From positions 1-64,000 of the forward strand of contig JAANOX010000273.1 in NCBI GenBank assembly GCA_020184695.1: a DNA stretch of 64,000 bases, in the 5' to 3' direction. This DNA is from Histomonas meleagridis 2922-C6/04-290x (lineage: Eukaryota; Protista; Parabasalia). The translations under genes and the position numbers were made by a program. Each line of letters starts with the position of its first letter. Within the stretch, counting starts at the first letter, position 1. A model generated the notes under the pieces. The model was not told where the DNA came from, did not search any database, and saw only the letters and a list, made by a program, of their open reading frames with translations. Below are positions 33,537 through 44,187 of this stretch, in pieces.

Positions 33537-35045
33537 ATGAAAAATAAATCAATTCTTCATGAGATCAAAAAGCATCACTCCGACTTTTTAGAATATCCTG
33601 AAGACTCTTTTGTTTTTTTGGAGTTTCTGAATTCTATTGGTTTATCGACAGATTTCGAATCAATAGCAATAATTTCATCTTTAACAGATATAGCTTTATT
33701 TGGTGATATCTCTTCACCCAAAAATCTTATTTCTTTTACAGATTGTTTTTCTATGGTGATTCAAAATCAAGACGAAATAGTTAGCAGATCTTGCCTCAGT
33801 ATCATTTCCATATTAAGCAAAAAAGGTTACGTTAAAGCATTCTTTAATAAAATTAAACTAGACCTAAATGACTGGAGTGAAAGAGCCAAAGAAATCTTTT
33901 TGTCATTTGCATTTTCCTTCCATCAACCAGTTATACGTGAATGGGAGGTTTTTATTCCTTTTGCAGAGAAATATTCACAAAGTGATGATGAACTACTTGC
34001 TTCAACTGCAAATGATTTCCTATTTTATCTTAAAAGCCAGACTCAAAATGAAACTCATTCTAACCCTGACAAAGAATCAAATAACGTTTCGAACATAACA
34101 AAACTCAAACCATCAAATGGTCAAGAGTATCTTGAACTTGAAGAAGGGGAACCCTACAACGATGAACCGCCTAAGTTCAAACAACAGCTTCGAAACTCGA
34201 TCCGCAATATATCTTCCAACAGCTTATTGGAAGAAAAGCCCAAAAAGTCGACACCTAAAAAAGTGACGCGGGAACCGTTATATTCTTCAACTACATCTCC
34301 ACCAAAGCGAATATTATCCAAACCTAAGCTACCTACACGTCCTAACACCATGCTTTCACCTGATGAAAAGCATAAGCGCGCTAAGAATTTTACTGATCTT
34401 CCAAACATTTCCGAAGCACTATCTAATCTCAAAAGTAAAGATTGGGAGAAACAAAACACCTCAATTGAGCAACTTTCCAAGATACTTATTACTGAACCTC
34501 TTCAATTATCATCATATTGTAAAGATATCTGGCTTGATCTTCTTGATATCATTACATCACCACGTACAATGTTAGCCAATAATTCATTACAATTTGCGTG
34601 CGATTTGTATAAGGAATTTTCAAGCATGTTATGTCCACAAACATCACAATTTATTTCGACAGCATTATCATTAACATGTAATAGCCACCAGTTTATAGCC
34701 GACGGAGCAACAGCGCTGTTATATACAATTGCAGAAAATAGTCCAAGAAATAGAGTTATCAAAACATTTGTAAACGGATGTAAACATCGTAATTCTATTG
34801 CAAGAGGAAAAGCAATACAATGCATAACAATCACAATTGACCAAGGAGCAATGGATGAGAAAGAAATGAATATGTTGATTAGAGCTATCGCACCATTATT
34901 AAGAGATACATTAATGGAAACTAGAGATGCTGCAAAGAAGGCACTGAAGAAAATGGCAGTGGACGAAAGGTTTCTCACATTGGCGAAGGCATTTTTCGGG
35001 AACGTGCAGAATTTTAATGAAATGAGAAAAATGATAGAGGTATAG
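33537..35045 (+). CDS. TOG/CLASP_N-like HEAT-repeat protein
   Basis: C-terminal LKSKDWEKQ...SPRTMLANNS...SHQFIAD...LLRDTLMETRDAAK pattern after a low-complexity linker. Confidence 0.65.
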   Translation: MKNKSILHEIKKHHSDFLEYPEDSFVFLEFLNSIGLSTDFESIAIISSLTDIALFGDISSPKNLISFTDCFSMVIQNQDEIVSRSCLSIISILSKKGYVKAFFNKIKLDLNDWSERAKEIFLSFAFSFHQPVIREWEVFIPFAEKYSQSDDELLASTANDFLFYLKSQTQNETHSNPDKESNNVSNITKLKPSNGQEYLELEEGEPYNDEPPKFKQQLRNSIRNISSNSLLEEKPKKSTPKKVTREPLYSSTTSPPKRILSKPKLPTRPNTMLSPDEKHKRAKNFTDLPNISEALSNLKSKDWEKQNTSIEQLSKILITEPLQLSSYCKDIWLDLLDIITSPRTMLANNSLQFACDLYKEFSSMLCPQTSQFISTALSLTCNSHQFIADGATALLYTIAENSPRNRVIKTFVNGCKHRNSIARGKAIQCITITIDQGAMDEKEMNMLIRAIAPLLRDTLMETRDAAKKALKKMAVDERFLTLAKAFFGNVQNFNEMRKMIEV

Positions 35046-35170
35046 ATAGGCTGTTTGTAAACAATGAATTTTATATATTTCTCGAATATATTCAATGTGT
35101 TTGAGCAGTGTGTAAAAACAAAAATGATTTAATTTGAAATAGTCAACAAAATTGTATTTCCATTTCTGGG

Positions 35171-36535
35171 TTGATTTATGTTAAGCAAATATTATTAATT
35201 AATAATGATAATTTTCATGGATTTCTTCAAATTTTGTCTTTTTATTTTTACAGGCCGTTTAGAATTTCCAAATTTTTAAAAAAAATGAAATTTAATGCAC
35301 TTCATACTCATAAATCCACAATTAAAGCTTTGAGTAAATACAATCTCCATGGTGTAGCTAATGAATATCAAAAGCTTCTTGGTGATTCAAAAATTAATTC
35401 AGATATACCAACTTTTTATCATAATCATAAAACAAAAAAACTTACTTTCACACAAAAATATAAATCAAATATATTGTATAGATCTTTGATGTCATTAAAA
35501 AACTGTTATCCGACAAAGGAAGATATATCATTTCTCAGAAAAGAATATTCTTTATTAAATAAAAATGGTAACAAAGCAATGACTTATTTACGGTATCTGC
35601 AGCTACGACAAAAATGTCCCAAAAAACTTCAAAAGACATTATCATCACAATTGTTTGTAGAAATTGGAGGATACTCAATGCATACGATCAATGCAGAAGA
35701 ATTATTCAAACATCTTGAGCTGATTTCTTGGTGTGTTAATCACTATATTAAGTTACGTTCTTATGGAGAATACATTAGTATTACCGATCTCAAAAAATAT
35801 ATTTCTGAAACATGCATTAATATTCCTGTTATTACATATTATAGATCCAAAGAGCCGAACTTTGTTCATATTTTTTCTGAATATGCTTCTCAAAGGTTAC
35901 AAATTGAACTTGACACATTAAATTGTGGAAAAATTTCACTTTTTTCATTATTTAATTCTTCTATTTTTTCTAAATATGTTTTACTCGGCACTTATTTAGA
36001 AGATATCAAACAAAACCCATTTTCTTTATCTGATGCATATTCATCATATCTCCATTTTAAAGTTCTTGATTCTAATAATGATGGAATTATTGATGCAAAT
36101 GATCTTATTAATACGAAACAAATGTCATTTACTTCGACTTTTATTACAAGATTATTTGAGACTTATGGTCATGAAGGATGTGGTAATTTTATGTGGTTTC
36201 TTCGATTTAAATTGTCATGGAATAACATCGGATGCAAATGGGCAAATTCATATTTCTTCCCAATTATGGATATTGATGGCGATGATAAAATATCACAATC
36301 AGATATAAATTATTTTTATAATGAAATATTTAAGCATTTTATAAATTTGTATCCAATAAATTCTGTTCCTTCAATTAATATAATATCAAATGAATATTTC
36401 GATATGTATGGAGCACAAAATCAGAATATTCCTAAAGAATTATTTGTTGAATCAGAAGTAACACAACAATTTGTAACACAACTTGCCGATTTCAATATAT
36501 TTATGAGAGATGCATTAACTGACGAGTTAATGTAA
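35171..36535 (+). CDS. EF-hand protein, PP2A B'' regulatory subunit-like (likely ATG near 35286)
   Basis: FKVLDSNNDGIIDANDL and MDIDGDDKISQSDI EF-hands; SFTSTFITRLFE. Confidence 0.7.
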   Translation: MIYVKQILLINNDNFHGFLQILSFYFYRPFRISKFLKKMKFNALHTHKSTIKALSKYNLHGVANEYQKLLGDSKINSDIPTFYHNHKTKKLTFTQKYKSNILYRSLMSLKNCYPTKEDISFLRKEYSLLNKNGNKAMTYLRYLQLRQKCPKKLQKTLSSQLFVEIGGYSMHTINAEELFKHLELISWCVNHYIKLRSYGEYISITDLKKYISETCINIPVITYYRSKEPNFVHIFSEYASQRLQIELDTLNCGKISLFSLFNSSIFSKYVLLGTYLEDIKQNPFSLSDAYSSYLHFKVLDSNNDGIIDANDLINTKQMSFTSTFITRLFETYGHEGCGNFMWFLRFKLSWNNIGCKWANSYFFPIMDIDGDDKISQSDINYFYNEIFKHFINLYPINSVPSINIISNEYFDMYGAQNQNIPKELFVESEVTQQFVTQLADFNIFMRDALTDELM

Positions 36536-36636
36536 CTAAATTTTCTGTTTATTTGAGTGTGTTTTTAGTAAATAATAAAAATGTAATGTTGTTTTTGAAC
36601 AAAAAAATTTTTTTTTTGGTTGCTGTCGACCGTTAA

Positions 36637-37128
36637 ATGGGAAAGCAGAAAATGATGTGGATTGTTATGGCGCCTTTTTTAATTCTTTCGACGATTTCAA
36701 CATCGTGGGCATACCTTAAGACAGAAAGTTTTAAACAATACTTTACACAGGACCAACTTATTTTATGGTGGCTCACTGTTAATATTATTCTTTTAGGAAT
36801 CTTTATAGTTTTAGGTTTCCAAACAAAACTTAATGTCTCATCTCTTTGGCTTTCTATCCCTTTAATTGTTGCTGGATGTTTTTTAATAAGTCAGGCCTAT
36901 TCAAAGAATGGAATTAAAAGAATATTTTTTGGAGATAAATTTGGCGTTACTGAACCACTTGAAGACAAAGAATCATTTCCATTAGGATTGGGTTATGCAC
37001 AATATAAAGGATATTTTTTATTAATTCTTGGCATTTGGCTTTCCTTCCATCATTCTCATGAAGTAACAGGCGTTGCAGGCCTTTGGCTTGCATTAATCAT
37101 GTTACAAATTTATATTGAAAGCATGTAA
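36637..37128 (+). CDS. Phospholipid methyltransferase (PEMT/Opi3)-like membrane protein
   Basis: About 4 TM segments; IFFGDKFGV...ESFPLG...AQYKG...YIE parallels the GDYFG...GFPF...PMYxG...E family motifs. Confidence 0.55.
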   Translation: MGKQKMMWIVMAPFLILSTISTSWAYLKTESFKQYFTQDQLILWWLTVNIILLGIFIVLGFQTKLNVSSLWLSIPLIVAGCFLISQAYSKNGIKRIFFGDKFGVTEPLEDKESFPLGLGYAQYKGYFLLILGIWLSFHHSHEVTGVAGLWLALIMLQIYIESM

Positions 37129-37213
37129 ACTTTTTCGATGACGAAAACATAAATAAATAGTTTTTATGGAAACGAATAAATAAATAAAAAAATCAAATTA
37201 TAAAATTTTATTA

Positions 37214-38497
37214 TTATTTGTTTGTGAATGTCGCAACTGCATTAAAGATGCTTTTCACAGTACAAATCAGACCGATTATTATGCCGAATCCTGCAAATAT
37301 TAAATATAATATGTTTTTGTGATGATACCATTTTTTCTTTGACTCCAAAAAGCACATTAAAGGAGGGAAAAAGAAATCAACTATGCAACCACCTAAAGAA
37401 CCACCGACTTCCATCACAGATGAAATATTTTTAAATGATACTGCAAGAAGTATTGGTATTGCGTTTGTAATTATTAATATAATTATTCTTTTTTTATATG
37501 GTAATTTAATTGGCTGATTTTCTTTAAATATTAGGTATGATGCTGTAGCTAATATAGAAACAGCAACACATGGATAAGAAAATGTTACAACAATAAAAAA
37601 TCCTATTCTAACAAGAATAATAAGAATATCATTATTTTTATATGAATTTAATATGTTATCTTTTAATATATCACCATTCATTAAATATCCTAATATTCCA
37701 GGTACTATAACAAGTATAAAACAAGCTATTGCTGATATAGCTATAACTTTATTCTTTTTCTTTTGAGGTTTTTTATAAGGTGTAATTAATGGAATTAAAA
37801 TTATTGGAAGGGCAAATGTTAAACTATAAAGATTAATACTACTAAAGAAGTCCATCCCAAATGATGCATATTTAATATTTGGTGAGATTCCATTTGGCAA
37901 AACAATTATACTTTTTATAATCATCACAATAAAAAATAATATAATACATGCAACAGTACCGAATGAAAAATAACTTAATATTTTAATTTGCTTTGGAACT
38001 GTAAGCATTGCTGGAATTAATATTGAATATATGATTACAACTAATATACGTTGCCAATCTTTTTGTATATTCATTCCTGCTAAATTTAACCATGATATAA
38101 TGTTATCACTAGCTATTATTAAATAAGCAACTAAAGCTGATAAACAAAATAAAAGTACCATAACTGAAACTATTTTTGCAGGAATATTACCACATATCAT
38201 TTGTACTAGTTCATCAAGTCCTTTCGCTTGTTTCTTTTCTTGTAATTTAACAGTAAGTACTGATGCTAAAAAGGAAATAAAACATATACCAAAAAGCATA
38301 ATTACTGATATAATAAGTCCGCAGAATTTCATCGAATAGGGAACAGTAAGAATACCGGCACCTAACATAGAGTTTAAAAGATTCATTATTGTCCCAAAAG
38401 AACTAACATTACTCATCTGTCCTTCACTTTCTTCTGAATATTCTTCGAATCCTTCACTTCCCCCACTCGAAGAAATTTCTTCTTGGTCCATAAGCAA
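37214..38497 (-). CDS. Amino acid transporter (Aa_trans/SLC38-like)
   Basis: SSFGTIMNLLNSMLGAGILTVPYSMKFCG; about 11 TM segments. Confidence 0.92.
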   Translation of the reverse strand: MLMDQEEISSSGGSEGFEEYSEESEGQMSNVSSFGTIMNLLNSMLGAGILTVPYSMKFCGLIISVIMLFGICFISFLASVLTVKLQEKKQAKGLDELVQMICGNIPAKIVSVMVLLFCLSALVAYLIIASDNIISWLNLAGMNIQKDWQRILVVIIYSILIPAMLTVPKQIKILSYFSFGTVACIILFFIVMIIKSIIVLPNGISPNIKYASFGMDFFSSINLYSLTFALPIILIPLITPYKKPQKKKNKVIAISAIACFILVIVPGILGYLMNGDILKDNILNSYKNNDILIILVRIGFFIVVTFSYPCVAVSILATASYLIFKENQPIKLPYKKRIIILIITNAIPILLAVSFKNISSVMEVGGSLGGCIVDFFFPPLMCFLESKKKWYHHKNILYLIFAGFGIIIGLICTVKSIFNAVATFTNK

Positions 38498-38774
38498 AAT
38501 GAAGTTCGTACAATTGAAGGAAAAATTAAGTTTGTTAAAAACTTTAAATAATAAAAACTTATTTCAGAAAACTGTTGAACAAAATTTTAAAATAAAATAC
38601 TTTACTTTGAATCTTTATAAACGGTAAAAATTCCATAAAAAAATGGCTTTTACCAAATTGTTCTTAAATTTAACATTTGAACTGATGATATCATCATATC
38701 AAAAAACCGCATATTGATATTCAAAATTTGAAATGTAAACAATTGATACTCATTTCATATCAAATGTCCCAATT

Positions 38775-39746
38775 ATGGCGGAGCTCCAATCAAATGAATA
38801 TTATTACAACTTAAGAGCACATTATACATATTATGAAAGTATATATAAAGACTACACAGTGGTGAATTTATTCAGAGATGTTTTATCATATAATCCAACT
38901 CAAATTCGTGATAAAGTTATTCTTGAGGTTGGCTCAGGATTAGGAGCTTTTTCCTTAATGATGGCACGCGCTGGTGCAGCACACGTTTATGCATGGGAAC
39001 CATCAGCAATTTCTGAAACTTCAAAGGAAATAATTCATGTGAATAATTATGATAAAATAATAACTGTATTAACAGGTCCTATCGAAAACATATGTATTCC
39101 AGAAAAAGTAGATGTTATTTTTACATCATCAATTGGAATTTCATTTTATCTTGACACATTGCTTCCTCAATTTTTATATGCTCGAGATCACTTTCTTAAG
39201 GAAGGAGGCGTAATATTGCCTTCCTCCTTTGAGTTTTCTTTGGCAGCTTCAAAACAAACCAACTTTGGAGTATATGATGATTTCTGGGATAATGTTTATG
39301 GGTTTGATTATACACCAATCAAGAATGATGCTCCTATTGAACCTATTATGTGTTCTTTCTTACCTAAATATATTAATTCCAGTGTTTCAGATTTTGTGAA
39401 AATTGACTTTAAGACATTTGAAAAAAGTCAATTCCAAATCAAAGCGCCATTCACAATAAAGTGTAATGAAGATGATGAAATCTCGTTATTTGTCTTTTGG
39501 TTCAAAGTTGATTATCAAATTCCAAATCGAAATATTGTTCTTGATACATCGCCATTCAGCCATCCAACGCACTTCTGTCAGATCTGCTTTAATTTGCATG
39601 AGATTTTAAAAGTTCAAGCTAATGATGTGATTTCTGGATTTTTCACAATAAAACCTGAAAATGAAATGATGAGGCCAATCTCATATGAAATTTCATACTC
39701 GCTCAATTCAGGCGAACCAAAAACAGAATACTTTGTGTTTCAATAA
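38775..39746 (+). CDS. Protein arginine methyltransferase (PRMT1-like) with degenerate active site
   Basis: VILEVGSGLG motif I, ARDHFLKEGGVILP, DFWDNVYGFD, PFSHPTHF; double-E loop altered. Confidence 0.85.
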   Translation: MAELQSNEYYYNLRAHYTYYESIYKDYTVVNLFRDVLSYNPTQIRDKVILEVGSGLGAFSLMMARAGAAHVYAWEPSAISETSKEIIHVNNYDKIITVLTGPIENICIPEKVDVIFTSSIGISFYLDTLLPQFLYARDHFLKEGGVILPSSFEFSLAASKQTNFGVYDDFWDNVYGFDYTPIKNDAPIEPIMCSFLPKYINSSVSDFVKIDFKTFEKSQFQIKAPFTIKCNEDDEISLFVFWFKVDYQIPNRNIVLDTSPFSHPTHFCQICFNLHEILKVQANDVISGFFTIKPENEMMRPISYEISYSLNSGEPKTEYFVFQ

Positions 39747-39794
39747 ACATGAAAATTTAACCGCCTTTTTAATTGAATAGATATTCAAATTTGA

Positions 39795-40466
39795 ATGTGT
39801 CGAATTTTTTTCTGTAGAATACGTTTACTAACCGAAATTTCCTTTTCCAAAATGAAAGCCCTCTTCCAATTGGGGAGCCAAACATTAGATCTGGATGTAT
39901 CTCAGGACGAAACAGTTGCAAATGTTAAGGGGAGGCTTTCAGAAATCCTTCGTGCAAATCCAAATGATATTGATCTTTATATCAATTCAAATAAACTTAC
40001 AGATGATTCATTATTTTGTAAGGCATATGATGAGCCCCTGTTGCTCGTTAATGTATATATTAATGATCAAGTTGAAGATGAAGAAGAGGAAGATTTTGAT
40101 CTCGAGATTTCGAATCAAGTAGAAACACCGAGCTTTACTCCAGAGGGTATGGAAGAACAAATTAAAAATCTCATGGCTCTTGGTTCTTACTCTCATGAAC
40201 TTTGCGAACAAGCTCTCAGAATGTCTTATTTCAATACAGATAAAGCAGCAGAATTCTTATTGTCAGGAAACGTTCCAGAGACGCCTCCAATTGATCTTTA
40301 TTATAATGATGAAAGCTATCCATTCTTACCTTTATCAGAATATGATAAAGAATTTATTAGAGATCTCACCACAAATGGCTATGACTTTGGATCTGTCATA
40401 CAATGCTTAAATGTTTGCGGGTATAATCATGAAGGCACCCTTCAACTTCTCCAAACAATCTATTAA
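39795..40466 (+). CDS. UBL-UBA protein (Rad23-like architecture; likely ATG at 39852)
   Basis: N-terminal ubiquitin-like segment (DVSQDETVANVKGRL); UBA EEQIKNLMALG...CEQALRMSYFNTDKAAEFLL; second UBA-like C-terminus. Confidence 0.75.
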   Translation: MCRIFFCRIRLLTEISFSKMKALFQLGSQTLDLDVSQDETVANVKGRLSEILRANPNDIDLYINSNKLTDDSLFCKAYDEPLLLVNVYINDQVEDEEEEDFDLEISNQVETPSFTPEGMEEQIKNLMALGSYSHELCEQALRMSYFNTDKAAEFLLSGNVPETPPIDLYYNDESYPFLPLSEYDKEFIRDLTTNGYDFGSVIQCLNVCGYNHEGTLQLLQTIY

Positions 40467-40704
40467 TTAATCCCATGAATGCAAAAATATTCTTTTTTCT
40501 TTTTTTCTTATGCTTTTCCTTTTTATCAACAAAATAGTTGAAACATGAATTTATTCTAATGAGCATCGAACATGAAAATCATTATAACGATAGCGATTTT
40601 TCTGTGGAAAACGATGTTTATTCATTGAATTTTCTATCGGTCATCAAATGCTGTTCCATCAATTGGTAAGAAATAAAAAATTCATTTAAACTGTTTACTT
40701 GTTT

Positions 40705-41625
40705 TTAAATTGGTTCGATTTCTACCGGGCGGCAACTTGCCTTTACTTCAGGAGAAAGATCATCGAAATAAGGATGATCGAGTGCTGCCTTTGCAGATAT
40801 CCTCTCTGCTGGATCATATCTGAGCATCTTAGCAATCAAGTCTATCAGTAAAGGATCAGCTCCTTCGATAACTGTAGATAAATCTTTTGGTCTCCATGAT
40901 GGAAAAGTAGATGAATATGATGGTAACTGTGTCACTCCGGGGAAAGTCGCTTCTGTTGGGGTCCCAAGAATTTTGAAAATTGCAAAAAGTTGGTCGATCT
41001 CTGAATCGCCTGCAAAAAGTGGCTTCTTGGTAACCATTTCTGCAAGAATACACCCTGTGCTCCAAATGTCGATTGGAAGAGAATAGAATTTTGAGCCAAG
41101 AAGAATTTCTGGCGCACGATACCATAATGTAACAACTTCATGTGTGTAATTTCGAAGTGGAATTGTAAAAGCGCGAGCAAGACCAAAGTCACAAATTTTG
41201 ATAAAGCCTCTCCTGTTGATGAGAAGATTTTGTGGTTTCATATCACGATGGATAATGCGATGACAATGACAATAACATAAACCTGCAATAATCTGATACG
41301 CATAAGACTTGATCAATTCAGGACGAATTGGGCCGCGTCTGTCATTCAAATAAGCTCTTAAATCTTTATCAAGATATTCAAATGCAAGTGTTAAGTTTCC
41401 TTGGCAATTAATAACTTCGCGTAAATGAACAATGTTTGGATGGTGGAGTTCTTTTAGTATCGAAATTTCACGAATTGAAGTTGGTGGGATTCCTTCTTCT
41501 TCTTGATCAAGAATAATACGCTTAAGAGCAACAATTTCTTTATCACGCTTGTCAATAGCTTTGTATACAACACCGTAGGTACCTTTTCCTAATTTTTCGA
41601 GCCTTTGATAGTTATCGAGCGACAT
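40705..41625 (-). CDS. cdc2: Cyclin-dependent kinase (cdc2/CDK1-like, PPTSIRE)
   Basis: GKGTYGVVYK, EGIPPTSIREISILKEL, HRDMKPQN, DFGLARAF, YTHEVVTLWYRAPE. Confidence 0.93.
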   Translation of the reverse strand: MSLDNYQRLEKLGKGTYGVVYKAIDKRDKEIVALKRIILDQEEEGIPPTSIREISILKELHHPNIVHLREVINCQGNLTLAFEYLDKDLRAYLNDRRGPIRPELIKSYAYQIIAGLCYCHCHRIIHRDMKPQNLLINRRGFIKICDFGLARAFTIPLRNYTHEVVTLWYRAPEILLGSKFYSLPIDIWSTGCILAEMVTKKPLFAGDSEIDQLFAIFKILGTPTEATFPGVTQLPSYSSTFPSWRPKDLSTVIEGADPLLIDLIAKMLRYDPAERISAKAALDHPYFDDLSPEVKASCRPVEIEPI

Positions 41626-42678
41626 CTATAAAATAATGATAAACGTCACTAGGCTCAACCGTCGCAAACGTAAGTTTCAATAAAATTTTGATAAAAGAAA
41701 ATATTTCAATTTTGTGGCTAATTGTGAGAAAATATGAAATGCCAGAATTACGTTTGTTATTGTGGCAATGACGCTTATTCTCTTTATATGAATTTATTAA
41801 CACTTATCAATTTGAATACATCCATGCGCTTCCAAAAGTTACCTTCAAAAAATTTTTCAAAATATTTTATTAATGATTCAGCATCTAAACATTTTTAATT
41901 AAAATTTCATCAAATGTCAATTAAAATTTATGTTAAGCCAGAGCTTGTGCTACCATAGGCGATTAATTGATTATCCTCATTTCAATTAACTCTCTTAAAA
42001 TCGAATAACTTTGATTTAGAAAAAATTATAAACATAAAATTTTGGCTATCTAAACAGTTTTCAATGAATGTTCTTCCTGAAATAAAATCATTACTTTCAA
42101 ATATTTTTAAAAAAATTATTTGGTCAATCAATGTTCCAAATTAATTTTTAATTATTCAAGTATTATATCAAAAAAACAATAGAATACGCACTCCTGCTCA
42201 TAGTGCAACAAATTTTATTTAATTTAAAACCAAATAGTTGGATCATATGATCATATAATTAAAAAGTGATCAAAACATAAAGCACACATATTAAAGTTGA
42301 AATTCTGTAATTGCAAGAAAGATTGAAATACATAATAAAATTGCAAACAGATGTATAATGTTTTCAAAAACAAAAATTTAAAACTAAAACACATCGTTAC
42401 TAAACTATTATGAGTTTTAATTTTCAGTGTCACTCGATTTTAATCTCGCTTTTTGTTCTTTTGCTTAGGAAAGGTTAAGAATTTTTTGTGCACAAAAAAT
42501 AAATTTTTGATTGCTTTATTTTATCGTTACTTCAGCACTTTTGGATGGCGATCGCTTTTCAAATACTTTTTGGTTAGTTAAACTAGTTTTTCTATTCGAA
42601 CCGGCCATTATTACGGTCATTTCGAAAAAAGAATTTTTTTAAATGGTGGGCATTCAATAAAACGAAATTGAGAGTCAG

Positions 42679-44052
42679 ATGCCATTTAATTCAATTTTAT
42701 CACACATAGGCAAAACGTTCCTCAGATCTTTTCTTCTTCTAATTTTTTTAAATGTTTTGTCGTACCAAATAGGACACATAAACTCCCAACGCTCTTTCCA
42801 AGGTAATTCTAATTTTTATGTTGATGCTCCTATTAAATATGATTCCTTATCATATTCAATTTCTTTCATATCTTCTAATGTTCAAGCATACTCATTGACC
42901 AACACTGCTGTATCAACTTTATCACCCTCACTTACACTATCAAATACTCTTGCATTTTCAGATGTTGATATACCATCAAACTCTATTACAGAATTTCCAA
43001 CTTATACATCATCAAACTCGATAACGCAAATAGACACACTTGTTGATGAAGATTCATATACTTTTTCGCCAACGTTAGTTGTTGTGCCCTCGAATATTCC
43101 AATTTCGAATACATTCATAGAAACAAATACATTTATTATAGAAAATACGAATGCACTCACTCTTTCCCCATCACGCACACTTTCTAATACAAATACAGCC
43201 ATTCATTCATTCCATACAGTCAGTGGAGGCTTTGCATACAGAGTAACCAATTCGATAACGCAAACAGATTCAATTACATATGTAAATTCATATGAATTAA
43301 CACAAACAATGGTAATATCCAATACAATAACTTTATCAGAGACATTTACACAATCAAATACATTTATTGAGTCATTAACATTTGTTTTGTCGAATACAAT
43401 ATCAAAAACACAATCATTAACTGAATCAAATATAATTACATTATCACAAACATTAGATCAATCAATTACAAAAGTTTTCCAAATATTAACAAATGTTATT
43501 ACATGTTCACCAACGATTATTTCGACAGATATTATAACTAATTCATTTATATTAACTAAAACAATAACATTAACTCAAACGGAGATTGAAACTTTAGACA
43601 ATTTAACATATTCATTGTTGTATACGAATACATTTTCTATTATTTCAGGAATTACAAATTCTTTAACGATTACATTTCATAATTCTAATTATATAATTAC
43701 AAACATCGAATTTGTTTATTATTATTATACATTTATTCATTTCTCATATTATATAAGTTTTTATCCACATTTATATATTGATGATAGTAATGTGGACGAT
43801 TCAAATGATATTAATATTATTAATGTTATTATCGGATGTGTCGTCGCAGCAGTTGTTTTAATTGTTGTGCTCATAGTTGTAATTATTCGTTTTAAGTATT
43901 ATAAAAAATCGGAAGATAACGAAGAATCATTGGATATAAGTTCAGAAGATGAAAACGAAATTAAATTTTATAAAGGCGCAATGTTAAATGATATTAGTGC
44001 AGATCCATTTGCTAAAGATTTTCAAGAACAAAATTTTGTGCCACAATTATGA
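42679..44052 (+). CDS. S/T-rich single-pass surface protein
   Basis: N-terminal hydrophobic segment, degenerate SNT/TQT stalk, VIIGCVVAAVVLIVVLIVVII TM segment, DPFAKDF tail. Confidence 0.8.
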   Translation: MPFNSILSHIGKTFLRSFLLLIFLNVLSYQIGHINSQRSFQGNSNFYVDAPIKYDSLSYSISFISSNVQAYSLTNTAVSTLSPSLTLSNTLAFSDVDIPSNSITEFPTYTSSNSITQIDTLVDEDSYTFSPTLVVVPSNIPISNTFIETNTFIIENTNALTLSPSRTLSNTNTAIHSFHTVSGGFAYRVTNSITQTDSITYVNSYELTQTMVISNTITLSETFTQSNTFIESLTFVLSNTISKTQSLTESNIITLSQTLDQSITKVFQILTNVITCSPTIISTDIITNSFILTKTITLTQTEIETLDNLTYSLLYTNTFSIISGITNSLTITFHNSNYIITNIEFVYYYYTFIHFSYYISFYPHLYIDDSNVDDSNDINIINVIIGCVVAAVVLIVVLIVVIIRFKYYKKSEDNEESLDISSEDENEIKFYKGAMLNDISADPFAKDFQEQNFVPQL

Positions 44053-44187
44053 TGAATTATATGATATATAATAATAAAAATAATAATTGGATTTTTTAAG
44101 TGTTATTCTTATTAAAGATTAAGTTATTTTACAACTGCCTCAAGATGGTAATATAAAACTTTAAGTATCTTTGGTATTTGTATCATT

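Noticed and set aside
42566-42578. Branch/acceptor-like ACTAACCAAAAAG on the minus strand
   Set aside because: Spacing is one nt off the consensus, and there is no matching donor or interrupted ORF.
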